From NCBI GenBank assembly GCA_035300645.1, contig DATGVF010000027.1, positions 1-49,885 on the forward strand: a stretch of DNA of 49,885 bases, written 5' to 3'. Both the position numbers and the translations under genes were made by a program. The notes under the pieces are model-generated. The model saw only the letters and a list, made by a program, of their open reading frames with translations. It made no database searches and was not told the DNA's origin. The stretch is from a bacterium. GTDB lineage: Bacteria; Sysuimicrobiota; Sysuimicrobiia; Sysuimicrobiales; Kaftiobacteriaceae. Shown here in pieces: positions 27,833 through 37,031 of the stretch. Position 1 is the first letter of the stretch, and each line of letters begins with the position of its first letter.

Positions 27833-27861
27833 AGTATACGCGCCGTTGGTAAGTGTGTCAA
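27833..27861 (-). promoter_or_regulatory. Near-consensus sigma-70/SigA-type promoter about 300 nt upstream of prkA
   Basis: The minus strand reads TTGACA (27861-27856), a 17-nt spacer cacttaccaacggcgcg, then TATACT (27838-27833). Confidence 0.45.
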
Positions 27862-28092
27862 ACGGCCATAGGTACTAGCTGAGACCCCCTCGGGTAGTGG
27901 ATAAGACCCCCGGGAAGTGCAACACGCGGCTCGGCATCAAGAGCAAGCACCTTGCGGTCGGATCCCGCAATGACGCCGTGGGGACTGGAACCAGAGACGG
28001 ATGGGCAAGCCACGATGTGCCGCATTCGCGGCAATCATGACACACGTAGCCGTCAGATCGAGTGGACCCGGGACGGCAAGGGGGAATCAACC

Positions 28093-28452
28093 ATGAGTTG
28101 GTACATTGGGGCGTTAAAGAAGTACACGGATTTCAACGGACGCGCGGGCAAAGCGGAGTTTTGGATGTTCACCCTCATTAGCACCATCATCAGCGTGATC
28201 CTCTATCTCATAGACGGAGGAATCATGCCCGGTTCCAATATCCATCTGCTCTACACTGTCTATAGCTTGGCCGTACTCGTGCCCTCGTTGGCCGTTTCCG
28301 TCAGGCGACTCCACGATACCGGCCGGAGCGGCTGGTGGATCTTGATCAACGTGATCCCGATCCTTGGACAACTTGTGTACCTCGTCTTCCTCCTGCGGGA
28401 TAGTCAGGGTGCAAACCAATATGGCTCCAGCCCGAGGCTGGCGACCGCTTGA
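28093..28452 (+). CDS. DUF805-domain inner membrane protein, 119 aa
   Basis: GRAGKAEFWMF and RRLHDTGRSGWW motifs with 3 TM segments. Track ORF 27952..28452 trimmed to ATG 28093, preceded by AAGGGGGA. Confidence 0.8.
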   Translation: MSWYIGALKKYTDFNGRAGKAEFWMFTLISTIISVILYLIDGGIMPGSNIHLLYTVYSLAVLVPSLAVSVRRLHDTGRSGWWILINVIPILGQLVYLVFLLRDSQGANQYGSSPRLATA

Positions 28453-28490
28453 CGGCTGGCCGACTGCCCTCCACGCCCTCGCTGTCGGGT

Positions 28491-29408
28491 TCACCTCCCC
28501 CGACAGCGAGGGCAGTCCGGACCACACGGCTCCACGTGAATGGTGATGTCGGTGCCGGGCAGCTCCTCCCCGACATGAGCTTCCAGGTGATCGCACAACG
28601 CGTGCGCCTCGCCGACTGACATCGTCCGGTGCAGGACTAAGTGCAGATCCACAAACCGCTGGGACCCGATCCGTCGGGCGCGCAAGGCGTGGTAGGAGAG
28701 GATCTCTTCGCGATGCGCGTCAAGGATCTTTCGGATGCGCGCTTGCTCATCTTCAGGCGGGCTAGAGTCCATCAACCCCTCGAGTGCTCGGCGGGAGACC
28801 CCCACCCCGATCTGCAGAATGTGCACAGCCACCGCCGCGCCCAGCAGCGCGTCCACCCACAGCAATCCCGTCAGCTGCACTACTCCCATCCCCACCAAGA
28901 CCGCCACGGATGTGAGCACATCGGCCTGCAGATGCCGCGCGTCCGCCTCCAGCGCGGCGGAGAGGACCTGGCGAGAGACGCGCATCACGTAGGCCGCGGT
29001 GAGGGAGTTGGCGACTGTGGCCACAGCCAGCACAGCGATCCCTGCATTCAGCAACCGCAGCGGTTCAGGGTGGACCAACCTCTGGAACGCGGCAACCAGG
29101 ATCCAGACGCCTCCAGCGAAGATCAGCACGCCTTCTGTAGCGCTGCTAACGAATTCCGCCTTGCCGTGCCCGTACTGATGGGTGTCGTCCGGCGGGCGCA
29201 CCGCGACGACCAAGCTGACCAGTGCGACGTTGGCCGCGATCACGTTGACGACCGACTCGACGGCATCGGAGAGGACGGCCACCGAGCCGGTGAGCACGTA
29301 TGCGAGGAATTTGAGCGCCAGGACAGCGAGGCTCGCCGCAACCGACAGCGCGGCCGCGCGAACTTTCGGGGCCCGCAGGACCGCCACCCGTAGAGTCTCC
29401 GCTACCAT
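28491..29408 (-). CDS. Cation diffusion facilitator (CDF) family metal efflux transporter, 305 aa
   Basis: LKFLAYVLTGSVAVLSDAVESVVN and HQYGHGKAEF motifs with a C-terminal cytoplasmic domain. Track ORF 28491..29582 trimmed to ATG 29408. Confidence 0.85.
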   Translation of the reverse strand: MVAETLRVAVLRAPKVRAAALSVAASLAVLALKFLAYVLTGSVAVLSDAVESVVNVIAANVALVSLVVAVRPPDDTHQYGHGKAEFVSSATEGVLIFAGGVWILVAAFQRLVHPEPLRLLNAGIAVLAVATVANSLTAAYVMRVSRQVLSAALEADARHLQADVLTSVAVLVGMGVVQLTGLLWVDALLGAAVAVHILQIGVGVSRRALEGLMDSSPPEDEQARIRKILDAHREEILSYHALRARRIGSQRFVDLHLVLHRTMSVGEAHALCDHLEAHVGEELPGTDITIHVEPCGPDCPRCRGR

Positions 29409-29581
29409 GGCTGTAAAGTGTAGCACACCTCTCACCGCCGCCTGCCCGGGCGAAAAATAGCAGACCACCGCGCGGAAACCACGGCCAGAAAAGACCTGAT
29501 GGGCGTCTGTCACTGCGTGACTTGATGGGGTCGCCCCGGAGAGTAGAGTGAAACCATGCAGGTCGCCCCCTCCGTACCACA

Positions 29582-31975
29582 ATGATTCCTCGGCTCGGAC
29601 GGGCCGCCGTCCTGGGTAGTGGCGTCATGGGCAGCGCGATTGCCGCCCACCTCGCTAACGCCGGTGTGCCCGTGCTCCTGCTGGACATCGTCCCAGGTGG
29701 CCTCACGGAGGAAGAACGGCGCCGGGGACTTTCTCTCACCGACCCGGAGGTGCGCAGTCGATTCGCCACGGCAGGCAAAACACGCGCAACGCGCGCTCAG
29801 CCGCCGGCGTTCTTCGTTCCCGCCCGCGCTCAGTTAGTCGAGGTCGGAAACTTCGAGGACCACCTGCCTGCCCTCGCCGATGTCGACTGGATCATCGAAG
29901 CCGTTGTGGAAGATCTTCCGATCAAACAAGAGCTCCTGACCCGCGTGGAACGGTACTGGAAATCCAGCACAGTGGTCTCCACAAACACCTCGGGGCTCCC
30001 CGTGCGACAGATTGCCGCCGGCCGCGCCGACGCCTTCCGGCGTCACTTCCTTGGCACCCACTTCTTCAACCCGCCTCGCTACCTGAAACTGCTGGAACTC
30101 ATCCCCCTGGCCGAGACGGATCCGGAGATTGTGGCCCGAGTCGGCGCGTGGGGGGACCGGCTACTGGGGAAGGGTGTGGTCTTCGCACATGATCGGCCGA
30201 ACTTCGTCGCCAACCGCATTGGGTCGTACGGATTTCGCAAGGCGGTGCAGTTGATGCTGGAGCTGGGGCTGACGATCGAGGAGGTGGATGAGCTTACCGG
30301 ACCCCTTCTGGGCCGTCCGCGGAGCGCGACATTCCGCACCACCGACTTGGTGGGGCTGGACACGGCCATCCACGTTTCTGAAAACGCGTATCGCAATCTC
30401 CCCGATGACGAGGAACGCGACATCTTCATCGTGCCCCCGCTGTTCCACGAGATGGCCAAACGAGGGTGGATTGGTGAAAAAGCCGGGGCCGGGTTCTACC
30501 GGCGGGTGGATGGTCAGATCCAGGTGTTGGACTACACCACGATGGAGTACCGCCCCCGTCGTAGCGGGACCTTGCCCGTCGTTGAGACGGCCAAATTGAT
30601 CGACGATCCGGTCAAGCGGCTGCGCGCAGTCGCTAACGACCCGAGCAAGGCCGGCGAGTTCGTCTGGCGGCTCGTAAGCAGCCTGCTCGTATACACCGCT
30701 CGTCGCGTCCCGGAGATTGCCGACGACATTGTGAGTGTGGACCGGGCGATGCGGTGGGGATACGCGTGGGACCACGGGCCCTTTGAAATGTGGGACGCCT
30801 TAGGCGTACCCGACACTGTGAAGCGGCTGGAAGCGGAAGGCCGCACGATTCCGCCGACGGTCCGCACCGTACTGGACCACGGGGACGGACGGTTCTATCG
30901 AGATGCGGAGGGACGGCGGGAGTACTTCTCCCTCGCCACCATGCGGCCACGCGAGGTGGAGGATCCGCCCGGGGTCTTGGTGCTTAGGACAGTTAAAGAA
31001 CGCGACCGGGTCGTCGCCCGTAACCCGGGAACCAGCCTCGTAGATCTGGCGGATGGGATCGCCTGTCTGGAATTTCACTCCAAACTCAACACGATTGGCG
31101 AGGACACCATCCGCATGCTGTACCAGACCCTGGAGGCCGTGAATCGGGATTTCGACGGATTGGTTATCGGCAATCAGGGAAGCGATTTCTCCGTCGGGGC
31201 CAACCTGATGCTGATCCTGCTCGAAGCGCAGGACGGCAACTGGGATGAGCTGGACCTTGTGATCCGGCAGTTCCAACGCGCCATTCTGGCGCTGCGGTAC
31301 AGCGCCCGGCCAATTGTGGCCGCCCCCTTTGGCCGCACGCTGGGCGGCGGATGCGAAATCGTCCTGGCCTGTCCGCACGCGCAGGCGGCCGCGGAAACCT
31401 ATCTCGGGCTGGTCGAGATCGGGGCCGGCCTTATCCCAGCCGGGGGTGGGACGACAGAGATGACCCGCCGAGCGGCGGCGCGCCTGCCGCAGGGCGTGGA
31501 CGCAGACCTCTTCCCGCCGGTGCGCGCGGCCTTTGAACTCATCGCGATGGCACGAGTCTCGACCTCCGCCGAAGAGGCACAAACGTGGGGGTACTTGCGC
31601 GAGGGCGATGGGATCTCGATGAACAGCGACCGCCTGCTACAAGACGCCAAAGACGCCTGTCTGACGCTGGTCCGCACGGGCTACCGACGCCCGCTGCCCC
31701 AGACGGTCCGGGTCGTCGGCGAGAGAGGCCTAGCCGCCATCGACGCTTACCTCTACTTAATGAAGACCGCGGGGCACATCTCCGATTACGACGTGGTCAT
31801 CGGTCAGAAGCTGGCCCATGTGATGTGCGGTGGCCGCGTCCCTTATGGCACGGAGGTCTCCGAGGAGTACCTCCACGGCCTCGAACGCGAAGCGTTTCTG
31901 AGCTTGGCCGGGCAACCGAAGACGCAGGAGCGGATGCGGGCCATCCTGCAAACCGGAAAGCCCCTGCGGAATTGA
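29582..31975 (+). CDS. fadN: Bifunctional 3-hydroxyacyl-CoA dehydrogenase / enoyl-CoA hydratase (FadN/FadB type), 797 aa
   Basis: The N-terminus MIPRLGRAAVLGSGVMGSAIAAHLANAGVPVLLLDIVP closely parallels Bacillus FadN. NAD Rossmann motif GSGVMGS. C-terminal crotonase-like domain. Confidence 0.9.
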   Translation: MIPRLGRAAVLGSGVMGSAIAAHLANAGVPVLLLDIVPGGLTEEERRRGLSLTDPEVRSRFATAGKTRATRAQPPAFFVPARAQLVEVGNFEDHLPALADVDWIIEAVVEDLPIKQELLTRVERYWKSSTVVSTNTSGLPVRQIAAGRADAFRRHFLGTHFFNPPRYLKLLELIPLAETDPEIVARVGAWGDRLLGKGVVFAHDRPNFVANRIGSYGFRKAVQLMLELGLTIEEVDELTGPLLGRPRSATFRTTDLVGLDTAIHVSENAYRNLPDDEERDIFIVPPLFHEMAKRGWIGEKAGAGFYRRVDGQIQVLDYTTMEYRPRRSGTLPVVETAKLIDDPVKRLRAVANDPSKAGEFVWRLVSSLLVYTARRVPEIADDIVSVDRAMRWGYAWDHGPFEMWDALGVPDTVKRLEAEGRTIPPTVRTVLDHGDGRFYRDAEGRREYFSLATMRPREVEDPPGVLVLRTVKERDRVVARNPGTSLVDLADGIACLEFHSKLNTIGEDTIRMLYQTLEAVNRDFDGLVIGNQGSDFSVGANLMLILLEAQDGNWDELDLVIRQFQRAILALRYSARPIVAAPFGRTLGGGCEIVLACPHAQAAAETYLGLVEIGAGLIPAGGGTTEMTRRAAARLPQGVDADLFPPVRAAFELIAMARVSTSAEEAQTWGYLREGDGISMNSDRLLQDAKDACLTLVRTGYRRPLPQTVRVVGERGLAAIDAYLYLMKTAGHISDYDVVIGQKLAHVMCGGRVPYGTEVSEEYLHGLEREAFLSLAGQPKTQERMRAILQTGKPLRN

Positions 31976-32024
31976 CCAGGGACATGGCCACTGCAAGCGC
32001 CCCGTTTGGGCGAGGTGATCTCTC

Positions 32025-33206
32025 GTGAGAGACGCAGTCATCGTGAGCGCGGTGCGCACCGCAGTCGGCAAGGCGCCGCGGGGGACGTTAAAAGATACGC
32101 GGCCCGATGAGCTGGCCGCTGCTGCGATTGCCGAAGCGGTCCGCAGAATCCCGGGGCTTGACCCGCAAGAGATTGATGACGTGGTGATGGGCTGCGCGCT
32201 CCCGGAGGCCGAGCAGGGGCTGAATGTGGCGCGCATTGCCGCGCTGCGGGCGGGCCTCCCCTCCACGGTGTCCGGACAGACGGTGAACCGCTTTTGCGCC
32301 TCCGGACTGCAAGCTATCGCGAGCGCCGCTGAACACATCCAAAGCGGCTCTGCCGACGTCATCGTCGCCGGCGGCACGGAGAGCATGAGCCTGATGCCGG
32401 GCCAAGGGGGCCATCAATTCGATCCGAACCCCCACTTGGTCGAACACTGGCCTGAGGTCTACCTCTCGATGGGGCTGACCGCAGAAAACGTCGCCCGCAA
32501 GTACAAGGTCTCGCGCACTGATCAAGACGCCTTTGCCTACCGCAGCCATCAGCGGGCTGCGGCAGCGATCACGGAGGGCAAATTTGCTGACGAAATCGTC
32601 CCGGTAACAACAAAACGGTGGACTGCGAATGGCGACGGACGCCCTCACGCCACGGACGTGACGTTCGCGGTGGACGAGGGAGTGCGGCACGACACGTCCT
32701 TAGAAGCGATGGCGAAACTGCCTCCAGTCTTCGCCAAGAGCGGGGTCGTCACCGCCGGCAACTCATCGCAAACCAGTGACGGCGCCGCTGCGGTTGTGGT
32801 CATGTCCTCCGAGAAGGCGCGCGAGTTGGGCCTCCAGCCGCTTGCAGCATTCCGCTCGTTCGCGACCGCCGGTGTCGCGCCGGAGATCATGGGCATCGGA
32901 CCGGTGCACGCCATCCCCAAGGCTCTGAAGGCCGCGGGCTTGCGCCTCTCTGATATCGACCTCGTGGAACTCAACGAGGCCTTCGCCGCGCAGGCGCTGG
33001 CGGTGATTCGCGAGCTCCACATGGACGAGGAGATCGTCAACGTCAATGGCGGCGCGATCGCCCTCGGGCATCCGCTGGGGTGCACCGGCGCGAAGTTAAC
33101 CGCAACGCTCCTGTACGAAATGCGCCGCCGCCACGCCCGCTACGGGCTCGTGACGATGTGCGTGGGCGGGGGGATGGGAGCGGCAGGGATCTTCGAACGA
33201 CTCTGA
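32025..33206 (+). CDS. fadA: Acetyl-CoA C-acyltransferase (3-ketoacyl-CoA thiolase), 393 aa
   Basis: Active-site Cys motif [12 protein letters not shown] and C-terminal [18 protein letters not shown]...CVGGGMG thiolase signatures. Confidence 0.93.
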   Translation: MRDAVIVSAVRTAVGKAPRGTLKDTRPDELAAAAIAEAVRRIPGLDPQEIDDVVMGCALPEAEQGLNVARIAALRAGLPSTVSGQTVNRFCASGLQAIASAAEHIQSGSADVIVAGGTESMSLMPGQGGHQFDPNPHLVEHWPEVYLSMGLTAENVARKYKVSRTDQDAFAYRSHQRAAAAITEGKFADEIVPVTTKRWTANGDGRPHATDVTFAVDEGVRHDTSLEAMAKLPPVFAKSGVVTAGNSSQTSDGAAAVVVMSSEKARELGLQPLAAFRSFATAGVAPEIMGIGPVHAIPKALKAAGLRLSDIDLVELNEAFAAQALAVIRELHMDEEIVNVNGGAIALGHPLGCTGAKLTATLLYEMRRRHARYGLVTMCVGGGMGAAGIFERL

Positions 33207-33255
33207 GAACAGAAGCGCCCCCGTCCAAGCGGTCGGGGTAGTACGGAGGTGAGCA

Positions 33256-35028
33256 GTGGACGCTAAAGTCGTCGCCGCGCCAGTCGTCGGGGGGGCTTTT
33301 CTGATCACCGCGACTACGCCGCAGGATGTCTTCACTCCCGAAGATTTTTCAGAGGAGCACCGGCTGATCGCCCAGACGGCCCGCGACGTCGCCGAACGGG
33401 AGATACGTCCCCATCACAAGCGCCTCGAGGGAAAGGACTGGGCTCTGACCCGCGAGCTCATTCACAAACTCGGAGAGTTGGGCTTCCTCGGGATCGGCGT
33501 GCCCACCACATATGGCGGGTCGGAGCTGGACATGATCACGTCCTTGGTGGCCGCCGAAGAACTCGCGATCGGCTCGTTCAGCGTCTCCTACGGAGCGCAT
33601 GTGGGGATCGGGATGGAGCCGATCGTGTTCTTCGGGACTCCCGCCCAGCGCGCCAAGTACCTGCCGCCGATGGTGCGGGGGGATCTCATTGGTGCCTACG
33701 CGCTCACGGAGCCCACCGCAGGGTCGGATGCAATGGCCATCCGCGCGACTGCCACGCGCACCCCTGACGGCCGTCACTTCGTGCTCACCGGGGCCAAACA
33801 GTTCATCAGCAATGCAGCCTTCGCCGATCTCTTCAACGTCTTTGCCAAGGTCGATGGGGACAAGCACACCTGTTTCATCGTGGAGCGCACAACCGAGGGA
33901 GTCACAGTCGGCGAAGAGGAGCACAAGATGGGGATCCGCGGCTCCTCTACCGCCTCTGTGTTTCTCGAGCAGGCGAAAGTCCCCGCGGACAACGTCCTAG
34001 GCGAGATTGGCCAGGGCTTCAAGGTGGCCGTGAACATCTTGAACATGGGCCGCTTCCGGCTCGCCACCGGCTGCGTGGGGGCAGGCAAACAGGCGCTGCG
34101 CCTCGCCATCGGCTACGCGCAGGAACGCCACCAGTTTGGCCGGGCTCTCGGCGAATTCGGCCTCATCAAAGCCAAGCTCGCGGAGATGGCCATCCGTCTG
34201 TACGCGGCTGAGAGCATGGCGTATCGCACAGGTGGACTGGTCGAAGGCGCTCTGCACGGCGTGCACGGGGATCCGGCCGCAGCGATGAAGGCGCTGGAAG
34301 AGTACGCGATCGAGTGTGCGATCAACAAGGTCTTCGCCTCCGAAGTGCTCGACTACGTCGCAGATGAAATGGTACAGGTGTACGGGGGCTATGGGTTCAT
34401 CGAGGACTACCCGGCGGCAGGCGCATACCGGGATAGTCGCATCAATCGCCTTTTTGAAGGCACCAATGAGATCAACCGTCTGCTGACCGCGGGGATGCTG
34501 CTGCGCCGGGCGCAGCGGGGCCGCCTCGCGCTCATTCCCGCCGCGCAACAAGTGGTCCGCGAACTCACGTCGCCCGTAGTCACCGCCCCTGGCTCAGGCG
34601 TCCTCGCCGACGAGCAAATGGCGGTCACGTTGGCGAAGAAGGCCGTTCTCTTCGCCGCCGGTGTCGCCGTCCAGAAGTACCTCGACAGCATCGACGAGCA
34701 GCAAGAGGTCCTCGCGGGCATTGCCGATCTGGTCATCGAGACATTCGCCATGGAAAGCCTGCTGCTGCGGGCGCGCCGCGCGGTCGACCGCGAGGGAGCG
34801 TCCCCGGCCGCACTCAAGATCGCCATGGCGCAGGTCTACATCTCAGACGCCATGCCCCGGATCGAAGCGGCGGCCCGATCCGTGCTGGCGGCGGTCGACG
34901 AGGGCGACACTCTGCGCACCCAGTTAGCAGGGCTCCGGCGCTTTTTGCGCTACACGCCGAAGAATACCGTTGCCCTGCGGCGAATGATCGCGGGCCATTT
35001 GCTCCAGCATGGACGATATGTCTGCTGA
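33256..35028 (+). CDS. fadE: Acyl-CoA dehydrogenase (long FadE type), 590 aa
   Basis: ACAD signatures AYALTEPTAGSDA and QVYGGYGFIEDYPAAGAYRDSRINRLFEGTNEI. The C-terminal extension matches the roughly 590-aa Bacillus FadE. GTG start. Confidence 0.9.
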   Translation: MDAKVVAAPVVGGAFLITATTPQDVFTPEDFSEEHRLIAQTARDVAEREIRPHHKRLEGKDWALTRELIHKLGELGFLGIGVPTTYGGSELDMITSLVAAEELAIGSFSVSYGAHVGIGMEPIVFFGTPAQRAKYLPPMVRGDLIGAYALTEPTAGSDAMAIRATATRTPDGRHFVLTGAKQFISNAAFADLFNVFAKVDGDKHTCFIVERTTEGVTVGEEEHKMGIRGSSTASVFLEQAKVPADNVLGEIGQGFKVAVNILNMGRFRLATGCVGAGKQALRLAIGYAQERHQFGRALGEFGLIKAKLAEMAIRLYAAESMAYRTGGLVEGALHGVHGDPAAAMKALEEYAIECAINKVFASEVLDYVADEMVQVYGGYGFIEDYPAAGAYRDSRINRLFEGTNEINRLLTAGMLLRRAQRGRLALIPAAQQVVRELTSPVVTAPGSGVLADEQMAVTLAKKAVLFAAGVAVQKYLDSIDEQQEVLAGIADLVIETFAMESLLLRARRAVDREGASPAALKIAMAQVYISDAMPRIEAAARSVLAAVDEGDTLRTQLAGLRRFLRYTPKNTVALRRMIAGHLLQHGRYVC

Positions 35029-35084
35029 CGGCTGCCGGCCGCGCGCCTCCTGCCTCGACGTGTGCCAATGAGAAGCGGGAGTCA

Positions 35085-36764
35085 TTGATGGATGCGACCA
35101 CGACGCTTACGCGGCCCTGGCTACGCTTCTATGATCCGGGCGTGCCCCACACGCTGACCTACGCCCACGTCCCCGTGCCGAATTTCCTAGATGAGACAGC
35201 GGTGCGGTTCGGCGACCGCCCTGCGGCAATCTTCTTCGGGGCTCAGATGTCCTACCGCATGCTGCAGACTCTAGTTGACAGGTTCGCCGCGGGCCTCGTC
35301 CGGCTCGGTGTCCGCCCCGGCGACCGAGTGTCGCTGCACTTGCCCAACTGCCCGCAGTTTCTCATCGCCTACTATGGCACGCTCAAAACCGGCGCCATCG
35401 TCGTCCCGTTCAATCCCCTGTACACAGAGCGGGAACTCGAGCACCAACTGGTCGACAGTGGGACCGAGGTCGCAATTACTTTAGATCTCTTCTATCCTCG
35501 GCTCGCAGCCGTGCGTCCCAAGACACAGGTGCGCGACATTGTGGTCACCCCGATCAACGCCTACTTCCCGCCGCTGCTGCGGTGGCTGTACCCACTGAAG
35601 GCGTACCGCGAAGGGCACGTGGTGCGAATTCCCCGCGACGTGCCCACGTTTCAGGGCCTGCTACAGACCCCGCCCACGCAGCGGGATATCCCGGTCGATC
35701 CCGACCAACCGGCCGTGCTGCTGTATACCGGCGGGACCACCGGGATCCCCAAAGGAGCGGTGCTCTCTCATCGAAACGTGGTGAGCAACATCCAGCAATC
35801 GCGCGCGTGGTTCCCCCACCTGCAGCCAGGTCGCGACGTCGTGCTGGGCCTCCTGCCGTTTTTTCACTCCTATGGAATGACATCGGTGATGAACCTCGCC
35901 GTCGCGACCGGGCTTGCGACGGTGCTCATCCCGCGGTTTCAGATCGACACGCTTTTGCAGGCGATCGCTAAGTATCGACCGCAGCTGCTGCCGGGCGTCC
36001 CCACCATCTACACGGCGATCGCGTCCCACCCGCAGGTGGCGCGCTACGATCTGCGCTCAATCAGAGCCTGCGTGAGTGGAGCAGCACCGCTCCCCCGCGA
36101 AGTCCAGACCCGGTTCGAAGCCCTCACCGGCGGACGGTTGGTAGAAGGGTATGGGTTGACCGAGGCATCCCCTGTGACGCACGCCAACCCGCTCGAGGGC
36201 ACTCGGAAGACGGGGAGCATCGGCATCCCCTTCCCCGATACCGACGCGCGCATCGTCGACGACACGGGTGAGCGGGCGCTGCCGCCGGGCGAAGTGGGCG
36301 AACTCTGCGTCCGTGGTCCGCAGGTCATGCAGGGCTACTGGCACCAGCCTGAGGAAACGGCGCAGGCCCTCCGCGGAGGATGGCTCTTCACGGGTGACAT
36401 GGCCAAGATGGATGAGGAGGGTTTCTTCTACATCGTGGAGCGGAAAAAGGACCTCATCATCACCGGGGGATTAAACGTCTACCCCCGCGAGGTCGAGGAA
36501 GTCCTCTATGCACACCCGGCGGTGTTCGAAGCAGCGGTGGCGGGGATACCCGATCCGTACAAAGGGGAAGTGGCCAAGGCGTTCGTGGTACTCCGGGACG
36601 GGCAGCACGCGACGGTCGACGATCTCATCGCTCACTGCAAGCGGCAGCTCGCTCCGCACAAAGTCCCGCGAACTGTGGAATTTCGCCGCGAGCTCCCCAA
36701 ATCGATGGTGGGGAAAATTCTCCGCCGGAAGTTGGTCGAACCCACGTCGCCGGTGAGGGGCTAA
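35085..36764 (+). CDS. fadD: Long-chain fatty acid-CoA ligase, 559 aa
   Basis: AMP-binding motif LLYTGGTTGIPKGAVLSHRN, GYGLTE, and GWLFTGDMAKMDEEGFFYIVERKKDLII. Confidence 0.9.
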   Translation: MMDATTTLTRPWLRFYDPGVPHTLTYAHVPVPNFLDETAVRFGDRPAAIFFGAQMSYRMLQTLVDRFAAGLVRLGVRPGDRVSLHLPNCPQFLIAYYGTLKTGAIVVPFNPLYTERELEHQLVDSGTEVAITLDLFYPRLAAVRPKTQVRDIVVTPINAYFPPLLRWLYPLKAYREGHVVRIPRDVPTFQGLLQTPPTQRDIPVDPDQPAVLLYTGGTTGIPKGAVLSHRNVVSNIQQSRAWFPHLQPGRDVVLGLLPFFHSYGMTSVMNLAVATGLATVLIPRFQIDTLLQAIAKYRPQLLPGVPTIYTAIASHPQVARYDLRSIRACVSGAAPLPREVQTRFEALTGGRLVEGYGLTEASPVTHANPLEGTRKTGSIGIPFPDTDARIVDDTGERALPPGEVGELCVRGPQVMQGYWHQPEETAQALRGGWLFTGDMAKMDEEGFFYIVERKKDLIITGGLNVYPREVEEVLYAHPAVFEAAVAGIPDPYKGEVAKAFVVLRDGQHATVDDLIAHCKRQLAPHKVPRTVEFRRELPKSMVGKILRRKLVEPTSPVRG

Positions 36765-36801
36765 CGCAAGACTCGACCGTCCGCGCGGGGCTGGTGTGCT
36801 A

Positions 36802-36945
36802 CTAGCGGTTGAGGAGGATGAACAGCCCGGCCAGCAAGGATAAGATCCCCATGATTTCGTGACGCGAAGGAATGTTGATGTTCACGAGGCCGGTCAACCC
36901 GTACAACACCAACCACACACCGAGCAGGACCCATCCCAGTTTCAT
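36802..36945 (-). CDS. Small two-TM membrane protein, 47 aa (tentative)
   Basis: Track ORF 36802..37014 trimmed to ATG 36945, preceded by GAGGGTGGGGG. MKLGWVLLGVWLVLYGLTGLVNINIPSRHEIMGILSLLAGLFILLNR contains two hydrophobic helices. Lies downstream of korB on the same strand. Confidence 0.35.
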   Translation of the reverse strand: MKLGWVLLGVWLVLYGLTGLVNINIPSRHEIMGILSLLAGLFILLNR

Positions 36946-37031
36946 TCGCCCCCACCCTCTCTGTCGGCCGTCGGAGACCGACCTCTCCAGTGGACTGTTC
37001 CGAAGATGAGACAAGCCCGCAGCGTCACGCG

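Noticed and set aside
27952-28092. 47-codon N-terminal extension of the DUF805 ORF
   Set aside because: DUF805 proteins start right at the MSWYxxxxKKY-like segment. ATG 28093 has a good SD (AAGGGGGA), whereas the extension is hydrophilic, unconserved-looking and has no SD.
29529-29569. 9-nt direct repeat GGTCGCCCC x2 upstream of fadN, as a possible operator
   Set aside because: A short GC-rich 9-mer repeated once is plausibly chance in this composition. It lacks the dyad symmetry expected for a TetR/FadR-type operator.
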